From Ramazzottius varieornatus (taxonomy: Eukaryota > Animalia > Tardigrada), in the NCBI GenBank assembly GCA_001949185.1, contig BDGG01000007.1:1198730-1262729 (forward strand): a DNA stretch of 64,000 bases. Reading direction: 5' to 3'. The notes below the pieces were generated by a model that worked only from the letters and a program-made list of their open reading frames with translations, had not been told where the DNA came from and did no database searches. Of this stretch, positions 11,549 through 23,249 are shown one piece after another. Every line of letters starts with the position of its first letter. The stretch's first letter is position 1. The position numbers were made by a program, and so were the translations under genes.

Positions 11549-13530
11549 ATGAATAAGATTCAGGTATGTGTCTTCGCAAATATTTTGATTGCGGTGTTTG
11601 GTGCTGACATAGTTTGGAATCCTCCCTGCCCAACCAGCTGTACCTGCGACTTCGAACGTGGGCAGAAACGGGCAGAATGCGAGTTCGAGTCCAGTTCTTT
11701 CCGTGTCAACATGACCGATGTAGACTCGGACGTCCTTCTACTTGACATCCTTCCCCTTTCCCGCGGTGAGGTTGACGCGTATGGACCGTCTCTACCTGAC
11801 TTGTTCGGTCAGTTCCCCAAGCTGCTCCGTCTCTCCGTCCGCAACAACGGCATCACCAACATCCCCGTCGGTACTGCGACAAACCTGACACGGTTACACT
11901 ACCTTGACTTGAGTGGGAACAATATCAGGGACTTCATAGACTTACACCTCGAAATCTTGGACGACATCGTTTCACTTCAGCTTTCGGGAAATTTACTGGA
12001 CAATATTGATGGGAACGACCTGAAACCTCTGAGGAACTTGACGACGCTTGGCGTGAGCGGCAACCACATTTCTCGTATCGACGCCAGCGCTTTCGATGGA
12101 TTGGTGTACCTCAGCTTCCTTAACCTTCAAGACAACAACCTGGAAGAACTGGCCCCAAGCATATTTGACAATATTCCTCGACTGAATTTTCTCAACCTGA
12201 AACACAATGAATTTCGAGAAATTCCCAGAGGTACGTTTTTTTTCTGGAAAATGGATAAACATTGAAAATACTTTCTTTCAGGTATTCAAAAACTTCAGCT
12301 GCTGGGTATCGTCTTCCTCAACCAAAACTTCATCAGAACCGTCCCTGTAGAGCTTGTCCGTATCTGGAACTCCTCGCCCGCTATCGAAGCCATTGGTCTC
12401 GACAAGAATCCTCTCCTGTGCAATTTCGCTCTAGCTCCGTTCGTCCGATGGGCGAAAACTCCTTCCGGATTCAGCGTCCTCTGTCAGGTTCCTAAGCTCA
12501 CCACGGCCAACGCCACTGAGAACTCCACTGGTTGTCCAGTGTGTATTGCTCCAGAGACTATGAACGGCCGAGACATCAGTACCCTGACCATTCGAGAACT
12601 CAGTAGCTCACAAGCCAACATGACCGTCCTCGCTGACAACGCGACGTTGACGCCACCTGCTGGAACGGACTTCGGATACGCGCTGTTGATTACACTGGAC
12701 TTCCCTCGTGCGCCGACGGACTTCAGCCCAAAACGTAACGCCAGCGGACCTTTTGCACTGACAACTCTTGAGAATGACACGATGGCGAAGTTGAGCGAGT
12801 TTATGCCTAGCGCTATTGTGCACTGTGGGACTTTCAAGTGCTACTTCTTCAGTGTCAAGTAAGCACGATGCAGTACTTTGACTATTTTCCCCATGTAAGA
12901 AGACATGACCAAGCACTAGCATCATTGGCGGGATGATTTAGAGGAGTGCGTGAATGGCGAACCGCTGCATATTATTGCCAAGCAATCGGTTTGGATTTGG
13001 TGGAGATCGGCAACGCCACGGAGCAAAATGAAATTTTCCAGTTCGGTAAGTCAATCGCTCGACCATTGTATTGACCCAATTTCCAACAGATAGTCGTTTT
13101 CGGGAGTGCGAAAGACCCAGGCCAAGCTGAGGCGAGCGAACCAAACGGCGCTGGCTCGTGCTGGATGGATCGGCGTACACTACGACAAGGCCGCCAAGTT
13201 CTTTGTGGCCGCTTCCACCGGCAAGCCTGTAGCATACCAAAATTGGGGTAAGCCATTAGAAGCTGCAAGCAGCGCCAATCCCGTATCAAGAGTAATTTCG
13301 TTTTAACAGGCCCTGACCAGCCTAGTAACCCAGAAGGGGAAGAATGCGTGGAGATGTGGGATACCGGTTACTGGAATGATATTCGATGCGTCATGCCCAT
13401 CCCCAATAATTTCATTTGCCAGTCTTCGCTGGCATTCGGTCTCGAGCTGCGCCAGAAAAATATCCAGAATGACCGGCTGACATCGAGAGACACTTTGGTC
13501 AATGGTGGACAAGCATCTTCTGTTTATTGA
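11549..13530 (+). CDS. Secreted LRR + C-type lectin domain protein (5 exons)
   Basis: Signal peptide, LRRNT (CPTSCTC), LxxLxLxxN repeats, LRRCT (NPLLCN..C); CTLD with WIG, YQNW, DQPSN, ECVEM, WNDIRC..FICQ; GT-AG junctions in phase. Confidence 0.85.
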
Positions 13531-13559
13531 CAAATTCACCATCCCAGAATCTTAAACTA

Positions 13560-14860
13560 CCGTCCCACGGTTATCGGATCCTGCTGGCCTCTGTAAACTG
13601 TATACATACATGGCGAGTGTGGAATTGATATATTATCGCGCAGCTCCACCTCTTGGTCCCAAGCTAATTTCACGGATGTACGTACCGATATATGACAGAC
13701 TATAAAGCGTTCGATGGACCACGTCGTTATTCGTCTTTGGTCCCTTGGCGTACAAGCTTCGTGCACTAGCAACTTAGAACGTCATCAAGAAGATTCAGAA
13801 AACTACTGATATCGTCTGCCCCCCACAAAATCCATGTGGGTGTAATAAGAGCTTGGAGAGTTGCATCTGGGACTACAGTACATCGGACGATAGTGACCCG
13901 AACGCTCCGCATGTGGTGTACTGTATCAGTGATTCCGTACAGTCCACTCGTGCAAAATCCGTACACTGTTCTCCCGTTTGTATTTACCACCAGTCAAACA
14001 TGAACCGTACAGCTTGCCAAGAACAAGGGAAAGTGAGGTCGTAGTCAGCGGACAATCAATCTTACCGAAAATCAGCTACTTGTTTTGTACCATATGAAAT
14101 GTGCTCGCCTTGCGAAAGCAGTTTTATTTACTCGATCTGTCCATGCTTTCACAGTCTATTTGACCGAACGCAACACTCTGAAAGACTTCTTGTATGTTTT
14201 TAGGTTCTAGAAGTGTTTTCTGATTTTAAAGAGCGAAAAGGGAATGCAACAGGTTGCTCCTGTTGTTGCGTTCGAATGAACAAACAATAAAGAAACGTCA
14301 CAGCGAGCCCTCCTTTTTTGTGGTGATTTAAAATGAAGAACGGTGTACGGATTTCGACAGAGTGGACCGTACTTGTGTCAGCAAGTGGCCAAGTTCTTCC
14401 CCAAAGATCTGCCGCGATCAGGTCGATATGCGACGATGTCCAGCAGAGTTAAACAGTGGTCTGGAAGTAACCACCAGGGATCCGAAGTCTGGGTATACTT
14501 TCGCAAAAGCGAGCTGCAAATAAAACACGATTATTCGGAGATAATCTTGGGTCACCGTGCATACTATGCGGCCTGCCTTACATGAACTTTGTAATGATAA
14601 CAGTTGCAGCAGCCACTGATAATAGTGCAATGATGGCGCTGGTGACATCTGGAGATATACGATTGGTTTCGCCAATTACTCTGTACAATAACACGGAAAT
14701 AGTCTGATGAACTTACCGCCAAGGTAGCAGATACGGGCTTCTCCTGAATACCCACAGCGAGGTTCGTTCAGGGGCACGCCTTTCCCGTGCGGACCGTTCC
14801 ATCTCTGATTGCCAATTTGCTCCAGACTGGAACTTCCCGGTCTCAGGGCGAGAAATTTCT
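13560..14860 (+). pseudogene. PB2-like relic (~aa 130-600)
   Basis: LHLLVPS ~ MEVVFPN; KCARLAKAVLF ~ MVGRRATAILR; VLEVFSDF ~ [35 protein letters not shown] matches the paralogous relic at 23.8 kb (HPVKKINFDRLPDGANW/CRVKQW). Confidence 0.55.
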
Positions 14861-15099
14861 GAAATCAGAAAACCTTCAACCCAATCCGCCTAACAACTGA
14901 AATGTGAACACAGGAAATATTAGGTCTGCTAATATTAGGTTTCCTTTTTTCATAAACAACAGCGGATACAATAGTCTTTCGCCCAAGGTATTGAAAACAT
15001 TGATCGGTGCATCTGTGTGGATTTGTACGAGAATGTTTCGTGATCGAAAATTTTCGAAAGTCACCCCCGCCTAGATTTCTATTTCTTTTAGTCACACCA

Positions 15100-16340
15100 T
15101 GGCAGCTAACAATTCAGACAGTGCAGTAAACAAGACCTCAACGAAGATGCTAGCGAACGATCGTTTGGGGAGAACAGTCTACTCCATCAGTTAGCTAGGT
15201 GCTAGACAACGCTTGGAAAATCTGACATCGGACGAAGCAGAACTACCTGCTTTGAAAGCTAGGCGAAAGCAAAACTTTTCAAACTTCGAAAGTGTATATG
15301 TACTCCCGAGAAGCTTTGACTTTCGTTTTCGTTGAGCAGTGACAGTGATAAAAATTGGGAAGCTCCCACCTGACGAAAGTGGCGCACGTCGACAACCGCA
15401 ACTTTCCACCCCGTTTTGCACAAAAGTTATCTTCAGTATTCTCGAAGCATATCTTTCAAGGTTTTTTTCTTGCAGTTGACAGACCATTTTCGGTGCTATA
15501 AACCTTTCAATTATTTTCGAATTCAAAAGGTCTATTTCGCGCCAAAATGTTGCCAAAGAGGCTGTGCCCAGAACTGAGGTCCACTCCTTCCGACAGCAGC
15601 CAGGTTTTGGATGTCTGTACACGAGCTCTGGAATTACGTTTAAAAGTGTTCCGCCGAAAACCGCAAAGCCATACTGACAGACATACTACAGTGACTGGCA
15701 AAAATTACTTGTCTGAAAGAGGAATTTGTGACGTCGAAGTGAGAGAGCACCAGAGCACTTTGAGTTTCTCCACTGGGGTTGATGTAATAACGGCCTATTC
15801 TGGTCGCAAAGGTTCGATTGAGGCAGCGCCGGACAAAGGCCGCTCCATCACTTAGATCCGCCTGGTCTTGTATGGCTTGGTCCAGTACTTGGCCGAAAAG
15901 CAAGGCCAGCAGGTAGGTGTACGTAACAGCTGCCCACTAAATACGCATGGAAAAGCCAAAAGTTCGATAATTACAGACGTGAATTGCTGCAATACGTCAT
16001 GAACTTCGCGAAACACGTCATCTTTCGCGTTCAGATGAACCCCGGTCCGAAAGTTATGTCCCACCAACCCGCTAAGGGATGTTTCGCGCGTATGATGACG
16101 TGGTCGCGAAGTTTGCGAAGCATTACAGTAGTCGAACGAGAAGACAAACTTTTGGTGGGAACTTGTAGCTGACGTTGTAGTCTCTCAATGACCGCACCTC
16201 GAACTCCGGAAACCGATGAAAAATAGTTGAAGGCATCAGGGCATCGGCATCCAGAAGCTCTATGACCAAAGCTGAGCGGTAAGCATCCATCGCAATCTAC
16301 AGTGAAACAAAACCAAATTAGAAAGCAGGAACGCACAGCT
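15100..16340 (-). pseudogene. PB2-like relic, N-terminal half
   Basis: DHVIIRAKHPLAGWWDITFGP ~ [24 protein letters not shown] ~ DLSAKE; SSGGSFPIF..KRKSKLLGSTYTL ~ SFGGFTF..KREEEVLTGNLQTL. Confidence 0.55.
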
Positions 16341-16394
16341 TTAAACGGCCAGCTAAGCTACATACAGTACAGATACAGTCCGATCGCCTGAAAC

Positions 16395-17107
16395 GTGTAT
16401 ACGAACGACGAGATATCTTGGGCCAGTAAAAACAACGGGCCAGGCGGAAAAGAGGGCAAATTTACAGTTTGTGTGGAAGTCAGAAACAGAAATCGTACAA
16501 ATGACGTGAAGCAGTAAATTTCAACCGTAGAAAATTGTCATGGACAGTGGCCTCAGCTGATCAGCTGTTTTACTCTAAAGCTTCAACGCTGCTGTCGACT
16601 TTCTCCCGGAGAAGCCTTGGACCAGCTTGAACTGTTGAAGGTGTGCGTGTTCCAGTAAAATGAAGATCTAACTGCTATAGTAAATATGACAAGTTTTAGC
16701 TCCTCGGCCCAATATCCAGCACGTACGTACAGCAGGGCGGCTGGTTTTTACTTGTAGCAAGAATGCCGCCGTAACGAAAGGGCCTGGTCCGTAATTTTTA
16801 CTGGCCCATAATATCACGTCTTTCGTGTACACACTTTTTCCAATTCCAATCCATGTTGGCCCAAACTTTGGCATGCTGTGCAGTGAATCAAGAGCCGGCT
16901 TGAATTGAAATCAAAAAATCGGTGCACGAGTGACGAAAAATTGTTGGCCGAACCTTTTCGTTACAGCGGTACGAAAGCATGGACGGACGCGCCTGATTCA
17001 CACTAATGCACTTTTCGAAACTTTTCTACACTTGGATTTCTGTTTTGCCGTCGTTTCCGCCTGGCCCATCATTTTCTCTGGGCCATAATTTCTCGTCATA
17101 CGTTTAC
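16395..17107. repeat. Diverged inverted pair of a dispersed repeat (16395-16500 vs ~17000-17107)
   Basis: gggccagtaaaaacaacgggccaggcggaaa at ~16420 is an inverted copy of tttccgcctggcccatcattttctctgggcc at ~17055; same family as 30730-30885. Confidence 0.6.
16550..16910 (-). pseudogene. PB2-like relic, short
   Basis: ORF 16668-16874 GPFVTAAFLLQVKTSRPAVRTCWILGRG ~ [25 protein letters not shown]. Confidence 0.4.
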
Positions 17108-17340
17108 ATATTTCAAGCGACCGGACTGTAGCTTCTTAGCTCCAGTATTTCGGACAAGTTACATGTTGTGTCACGTGGAACTCGAGTCCCAGTGGTTTCT
17201 GTGTTCTATCTTTTTTTACCCCACGTTCCCTAACCAAAACACTTGGCCTGATCATTTGCAGGAAACTTTTCCACAACCCTCTCGTGAGTCAGAAAAGACA
17301 ATCCGAGGAACCATGTATCGACGATATTGTTGACACGTTA

Positions 17341-18863
17341 CCTGGTCTTTGTTGTCACCGAGTACAGGATTCAAAGTTCCGTAGGGAGGAAAGTTTGGAA
17401 GTGGCTCCACAGTAATGTATACGTACTCTCCATTTACCAAGTTGTATCCTGCTGCCTCCACCTCATAAGAAGCAAATGAAGCATTCATGTTCAATCACAC
17501 ATTGATGTATTAGAAGCATGATCAGAAGCGTGTTTTGTGGGGTTGTAATCGTAAAATCTGTACCACTCCGCAAATATTTGAATACTTATAGGACTCACCA
17601 TTAGCGTTCTGAACAATTTAGCGCTTCCGAAGAAGAGCATTACTACGGCGAAAACACCCGCAATAGAGCAGTGCAGTTTAGGGTCCGGCTAAGAATGGTC
17701 ATCACGCTACCTCGGCTCAGACGGGAAAATTCCTTTAGCAGACTAGTCAACTCCATAACGATACCAGCAGAAGACTTGATATGCCTAACATATGGTTTTA
17801 GTCCGGCATCTCGTCGTAGGCCGTTGATAGTTGAAGTCGCCTGCAGCGGGTAGATGGGAAGTGCGTCGTCGTCAACGACGATGAAAACAGTCGTCCAGTT
17901 GAAGTGGTCCAAGGTACACCGGTACATATCCACAAAGCCTCCGAAGGGCGTGGAACTTGTCGCTAAGTACGTCGGACTTATTTGCCGGTTTCGTATGGAA
18001 TCGTAATCGTACCCCGCTCTAAGTTTGAATTCCAAGATGGTTAAAACTGTCGCACTGCACTATATATAAGCGAGCGGAACTTACGTTGCCAGATAGGGAC
18101 AGTTCCAGCCGGCGGCCATACGACTGATCACGGTCCCTTCCGTACAAGCTGCAGTCCCAACCGATTAATAAACTGTGACATGGTCACATGGATAAATTTG
18201 AATGCTCTTAATCAGATTGTCTTCGCCAGTGGCGCACACTTCTAGCTGGCCAACAACCCTGATAACGTGCGTGGTCTCAGATAACGATTTGCCTCAGATC
18301 GTTTGACCAGGTGTTAATTATGCTGCGCGATGATGAGAGGAGCTTGTTTGCCGACATCCCAGAGTCGGCTGGACATTTGAAAAGGGTAAGCAATTTGGTT
18401 TTCTACGACGTCGCCCGTCAGGCCCGTGCCCGGCGCAGCCCTGAATGATATTCCATGAAATTTTGTTAAAAAAGGACCAGATTGTGGACCTTCCTCGAAC
18501 CTCCAGCCGCCTCTGCCATTTTCCGAAATATTTACCGGCGTTTAAGATCACCGTCATGTTGGCACTGTACGTTCTGCAGTAGTACCACTGCGAGAGCATG
18601 CGAGGGGCACTTTCTGTCAGCAGATCACAGTTGGTCACGCTGCTTTCCATTAGCCGGATGTGCCGAAAAGTGATGTTTGGGTGGGTTGACTGTAGTTCTT
18701 CAATGGAAGCATCTATTACGGGTCCCAAGCTGGCGTAGGAAATACCGATGGACTTGTTGATGAAACCGATGGAAACAATATCGATTGTGATCCAAAACAA
18801 GTCCACTCGGTGGACACCGAGTAATAGTAAAACCATGAAACAAACGTAAACTGCGCTCGGCAT
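17341..18863 (-). pseudogene. ANF-receptor ligand-binding domain (receptor guanylate cyclase/NPR-like) gene, 3'-truncated
   Basis: Signal peptide, LGPVIDASIEEL, RMAAGWNCP, IRNRQISPTYL, HFNWTTVFIVVD, GEYVYITVEP over 5 exons; the donor at ~17341 has no evident following exon; no TM or cyclase domain. Confidence 0.65.
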
Positions 18864-19286
18864 TTTTCGAGACGTTCGTCAGGTACGGTCCGAAAATGTT
18901 TGAAGGTACGATACGGTACAAGCAACGGCGATCCAATGTGCGCGGTGTCTTCAATTTTGTAATTCCTCTTCACGCTGATTTTAATTTGAGGCGCAAAATT
19001 TGATTACTGTAAGAGACCGCTTGCTCCCGACCGAAGGCATATTCGAAAGAAACTTTTAATGACACCAAGTGCTTCCAGACTTCGCGCTGAAAAATTGACG
19101 CAAGTTCCGCATATCAACCGAATAACATTCATTTTTTCTTCACCCCCTGGGAAATGTCTGCGCGCCATCAGCGATCACAACGACAGACTAACAAGGGATT
19201 CACGCCAGACCGTACACTCTGATCTTCAAACAAATACGACAGAAAGATAGAGGAGAGTTTGCTCCACACACTGAGATAGACTGAAT

Positions 19287-19392
19287 NNNNNNNNNNNNNN
19301 NNNNNNNNNNNNNNNNNNNNNNNNNNNNNNNNNNNNNNNNNNNNNNNNNNNNNNNNNNNNNNNNNNNNNNNNNNNNNNNNNNNNNNNNNNNN
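19287..19392. other. Assembly gap (N run)
   Basis: Run of n characters. Confidence 1.
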
Positions 19393-19561
19393 AACACTCC
19401 TCCAACTTTCAGAACCATGGCCAGCTAAAGGTCACCCTCTGCCTAAACTCAGGTCCCAACCTCCCGTCAAACGACCAGCCATCGGTAGGAACTACCGTTT
19501 TCCAACCTACATTTGATTAATTGAACATCATCTGGAAAATAAAAGATGTGCACTTTATTAT

Positions 19562-19700
19562 ATTAATTGTGGTGGGCGCTTGACAGGATTTCACCAGCGG
19601 GCTGAAGGACGCCACACTCAACAAGAAGCCTAATTACACGTCCCCCACAAGAGCAGCACGCCGCCGACGTGAGTAAGCCGCCGAAAGGTTAGTAGAGGAA
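19562..19700 (+). repeat. Degenerate duplicate of the CCDC191 intron 1/exon 2 junction (9434-9562)
   Basis: attaattgtggtgggcgcttgacaggatttcaccagcgggctgaagga vs attaattgtagtgggcgcttgacaggatttcagcagcgagctgaagaa. Confidence 0.85.
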
Positions 19701-20022
19701 CAGGACCTAAAAAATTTCGATTACTGTAGGAGCACGCCGAAATTACTATCGCTTCGGGCACCGGATACTATGCGGCGGTAAGTGATACTTCGAAAGCAAC
19801 TGTCCATCAGATATTCATGAAACTGATACAGATATTTTCATTACTACTGTGTATCTGTACCATGATCATATCCAGCCTCTGTTGTACTATCTTCCCAGAA
19901 AGAACTACCGATAAAACGTTAAAGAGAGGCTTCTATCACCCCAGCGCATTTCTGCTTGAGCAAATTAACATGCTTATCATTAAAGCACCTTCTTGAAACA
20001 CGATGTCTAACTCTAAGATAAT

Positions 20023-22313
20023 TCACCGAGAGTCTGGCAGACTGTACGCCCAACGTCTTGGAATAAAACTAGAAAGGAAGGTAGGCTTCACATCTTTGAT
20101 CCACAAGTAATACTTCCACCCCATCAGCAGGATCAAGCCATAGAAGATGCCGTCTCTTGGAATGCCCAGGAAGGAATGTACAACTACAGCGCCACCTTTG
20201 TTGCGCAGTCCAGCTTGCAAAGCTACTCTGGTGGCGCTGGCGTTGCGATCGTTCTCCGGAACCTTTCTGGCAATCTGCAACCCAAAACCCAGTCAACATT
20301 GAAATTTCTATCGTTCAGCCGCGAAAAGAGCAAACTTACACTCAGGCAGTATTTATCCATGAATTCTTTGACGAGTTCGATGCTGGTGGAGTTTCCAATC
20401 ATCAATACCGCCTCGCCTTTCCGTATTTTCACGTTCATCCTGAAAACGTCCGGGTTGTTGTAACATCTCTCCAGTGTCGCAATCGCCATCATCTGAAACG
20501 AAAGAGAAAAGACCGTTAAGGACAAATCTGTCAATCGCAAAGTCAGAAACCGAACCCATACTATCTCTCGCCCAGGTGAATACATGGATAACGTGCACTT
20601 TAACAGGACCGTTGTGTGCAGGTACGTGCTATTCACGCACCTGCACACTTTCCAACATTAGACCGTAGTCAGACTTGTATGCAGTAATGCGAGAGCCGTT
20701 CTATGCTCGTTTACGGACCAACTGAAGCGTGAAACTAACCTGCGGAATGGCGCAGAAGTTGAAGACGCTCTGGTTCTTCAGCCTGCCCAAGTACGTCAAG
20801 ACGTCGGGGATGTGCTGAATAGCGTTAGTTACCAATTCATTGAGGCATGCCACGGAGTTGTGCATGTTGGAAGGCGACAGAAGGCTCTTTTGAGAGGCTC
20901 CGTACTTGATCCAGGCTTCCCTGGGCCAAAACAGCCGGTCCTGGACGGTGTCTTCTTGAAAGTCTCGAATGATATTGGTCTTCTGGAGGAACAATCCCAT
21001 GGAGTTGGCTAAGCGCTCGTCCGAGCCGACGATGGGCTCTTCGAGACCGGAAGCGACGAAGAGACGCGAGAGCCCGATGCCGACGAGTCCCGCCACATAG
21101 TGGCAATACTATAAGTCAAAACCGTCAAAAGCAAAATAAAGTCGAATGGTCGGACGAAAAAGACATCCAAAGCAAAACAAAGATGCACCTCATCCCATTC
21201 TGTCATCGAATCGATGACTTTCCTCTTCAAGAACTGCGCCATTCCGCTTCCCATATCACGACAACTTCCCGAGATGATTTGCTGGAATGCGGGAGACAGT
21301 TTGCGGAACTCGGAAGAGATCTACGAACGACAAAATTATACTCGACAAATTTGATGAACCAGGTTTTTCCAATTTTCTATCAGGTGGAGACGAGTTATTT
21401 TTCCACCGTGGAAGGCACACTTCCTACCAGAATTACCACATACGATCTGGAAGTTATCCAGCACCATGCGGTCCTTTTCTTTGCTGTTATTGAAGTTCCA
21501 TCCGACCACGTTGAGCTTCTGGTAGAACGTCTCCAGCAGTGCGCACTTCGTGTCCAGCGCAATCGTCATGTCGTCCTCCACTGTATCCAGAGCCCGTAAC
21601 ACCAGGTAGTAGATACAGACTCCATACCTGCCAAAAACAGCCAATGAATTTTCTGCTGAATTTGAAAAATAAAGTCCACCATCCAGGGAGATAGTTGTTC
21701 CATCACAGCGAAAAAAACTAGTTAGACCTTTGCGAACGAATCATCCAGATCGATATCTCAAGGGCGCACTCTTGCGGTGTTATTGGCTGGAAGCGTACGC
21801 CACTTAGAAAACGTTCTTGTCCAGTTTGTTAGTTTTCGCCAAGCGGCACACGTTTGCTGCCTTACTAACTGCAAGAGTGCGCCACCGTGAAAACAAGAAG
21901 CTGAAATTATTTGCGAGCGCTCCCATATGTACAGTCTACCTCAAATCCTCATCCAGCGCCATGATGACGGCGCAAAAACTTCTGCTGGTCATCTTCAGAT
22001 ATTCAAAGCACCTCCGCATGTCCGGATCCATTTTCTTCTGCAAGAAAAAGCCAGTAACAATAAAACAGAAAAACTGCAAAATGAATACATCGTCTTGCTT
22101 GACTGCCTGCGAGAAGCAACAACCACAAAACTGCAAACGTGCAGCCGCTAGCGAGGGCAGTCTTGTGTCACGCAGTCATCAAGAAAATCGAACATATTGA
22201 ATTCTCAAACTCACCAAATTCAGCTTCGTGTTCACGGTAGAACACCCGATCGTCTTGAACTTCAATAAGGCTAAAATTTCTTCTGGATGAGGCAGAGACT
22301 TCACAAGGTCCAT
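20023..22313 (-). CDS. FDFT1: Squalene synthase (farnesyl-diphosphate farnesyltransferase), 7 exons
   Basis: TSRSF flap, YLVLRALDTVEDD, YCHYVAGLVGIGLSRLF, LANSMGLFLQKTNIIRDFQED, FNFCAIPQ/MMAIATL, VKIRKG, C-terminal TM helix. Confidence 0.96.
20530..20710 (+). pseudogene. Short PB2-like relic within an FDFT1 intron
   Basis: YMDNVHFNRTVVCR..*TVVRLVCSN ~ TFGPVHFRNQVKIR..DVIMEVVFPN. Confidence 0.35.
21680..21900 (+). pseudogene. Short PB2-like relic within an FDFT1 intron
   Basis: EIVVPSQ ~ EVVFPNE; ALLRCYWLEAYAT*KTFL ~ [19 protein letters not shown]. Confidence 0.4.
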
Positions 22314-22599
22314 GACGCAGCTCTCAACAGTGAGGGAAGGGAGGGAGAAACGTCGGTGGGAAAGCAAAAACGGCGGTCACGTTCGACACGTTTTGCCAGC
22401 ACACGTCGAGGTTGAAGTGGATGCACCGATGAAGAGAGGTCGTTTTCTCATCGGCATCACGGGCAAGACGGCAGGGAAAACACTTGGCATGGTGTATCCA
22501 ACGTGGGATGGCCTGCTCGACGATCGAGAATCATGAGGACAAAGTCCAACCGGAAGTAGTTCCAAAAATCAAGATCAAACCGCAGCCTATTACTCAGTC

Positions 22600-23190
22600 A
22601 AGACAGCCTCTCTGATTGATTGTTGATTGTTCGCATCACACCACAGCAGCAAAAGATGTCCCGCCTTCTCGATGACGAAGCAGCACAGAGGCAACATGAG
22701 TGACAGCAGAATCAACTAATCAAGCTACCAGCACGACAGCTTTTCTTTGATTGGTCGTGTTTGCCGCCCGCCATCGCTCACGACATTGAGAAAGATTCGG
22801 AAAAACTACCCAAATTGATACTACATCCTTTCTGTTGTATCCTTCAGTTTTCAAGCACACAAATTTACTGGGAAGAAATTCTCCGAAGACCAGAGCTTCC
22901 GCCAGCCAAAGTAGTACCGGACTGGCGAAGCTATGCGCGATAGACCGAAAAGCATTGTATGCTTGGAGAACCCTCTGAGCGCTATCATGGTCGCATGAAA
23001 AAGTAGGCATCATTGTGCGTATCTGTCAGTGGCATAAAGGTGATTTATTTTCATAGTTTCGCTATCCTTTGTGAGATAGCGCAAAACGTTCAAGATATCA
23101 CAGTAAGAATTATCAGCAGCATTTTAAGTTTGCCGATAACACTGGTCCTGATATGTCGGCCAGCAGCTCTTGCATCTCTCTCTCTCTCGT
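22600..23190 (-). pseudogene. PB2-like relic, N-terminus
   Basis: EMQELLADIS ~ RIKELRDLMS; HDSAQRVL ~ [21 protein letters not shown] ~ FGPVHFRNQVKIR; KDVVSIWVVFPNL ~ QDVIMEVVFPNE. Confidence 0.65.
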
Positions 23191-23249
23191 TTAGCCACCC
23201 CACACTATTTCACGAGAAGCAAAAATCCAGATAATACTTTTCAGTCTGG

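Noticed and set aside
18900-19286. Minus-strand CLKIRVYG resembling PB2 TLKIRVHEG
   Set aside because: Single motif next to the gap; not listed without HMM support.
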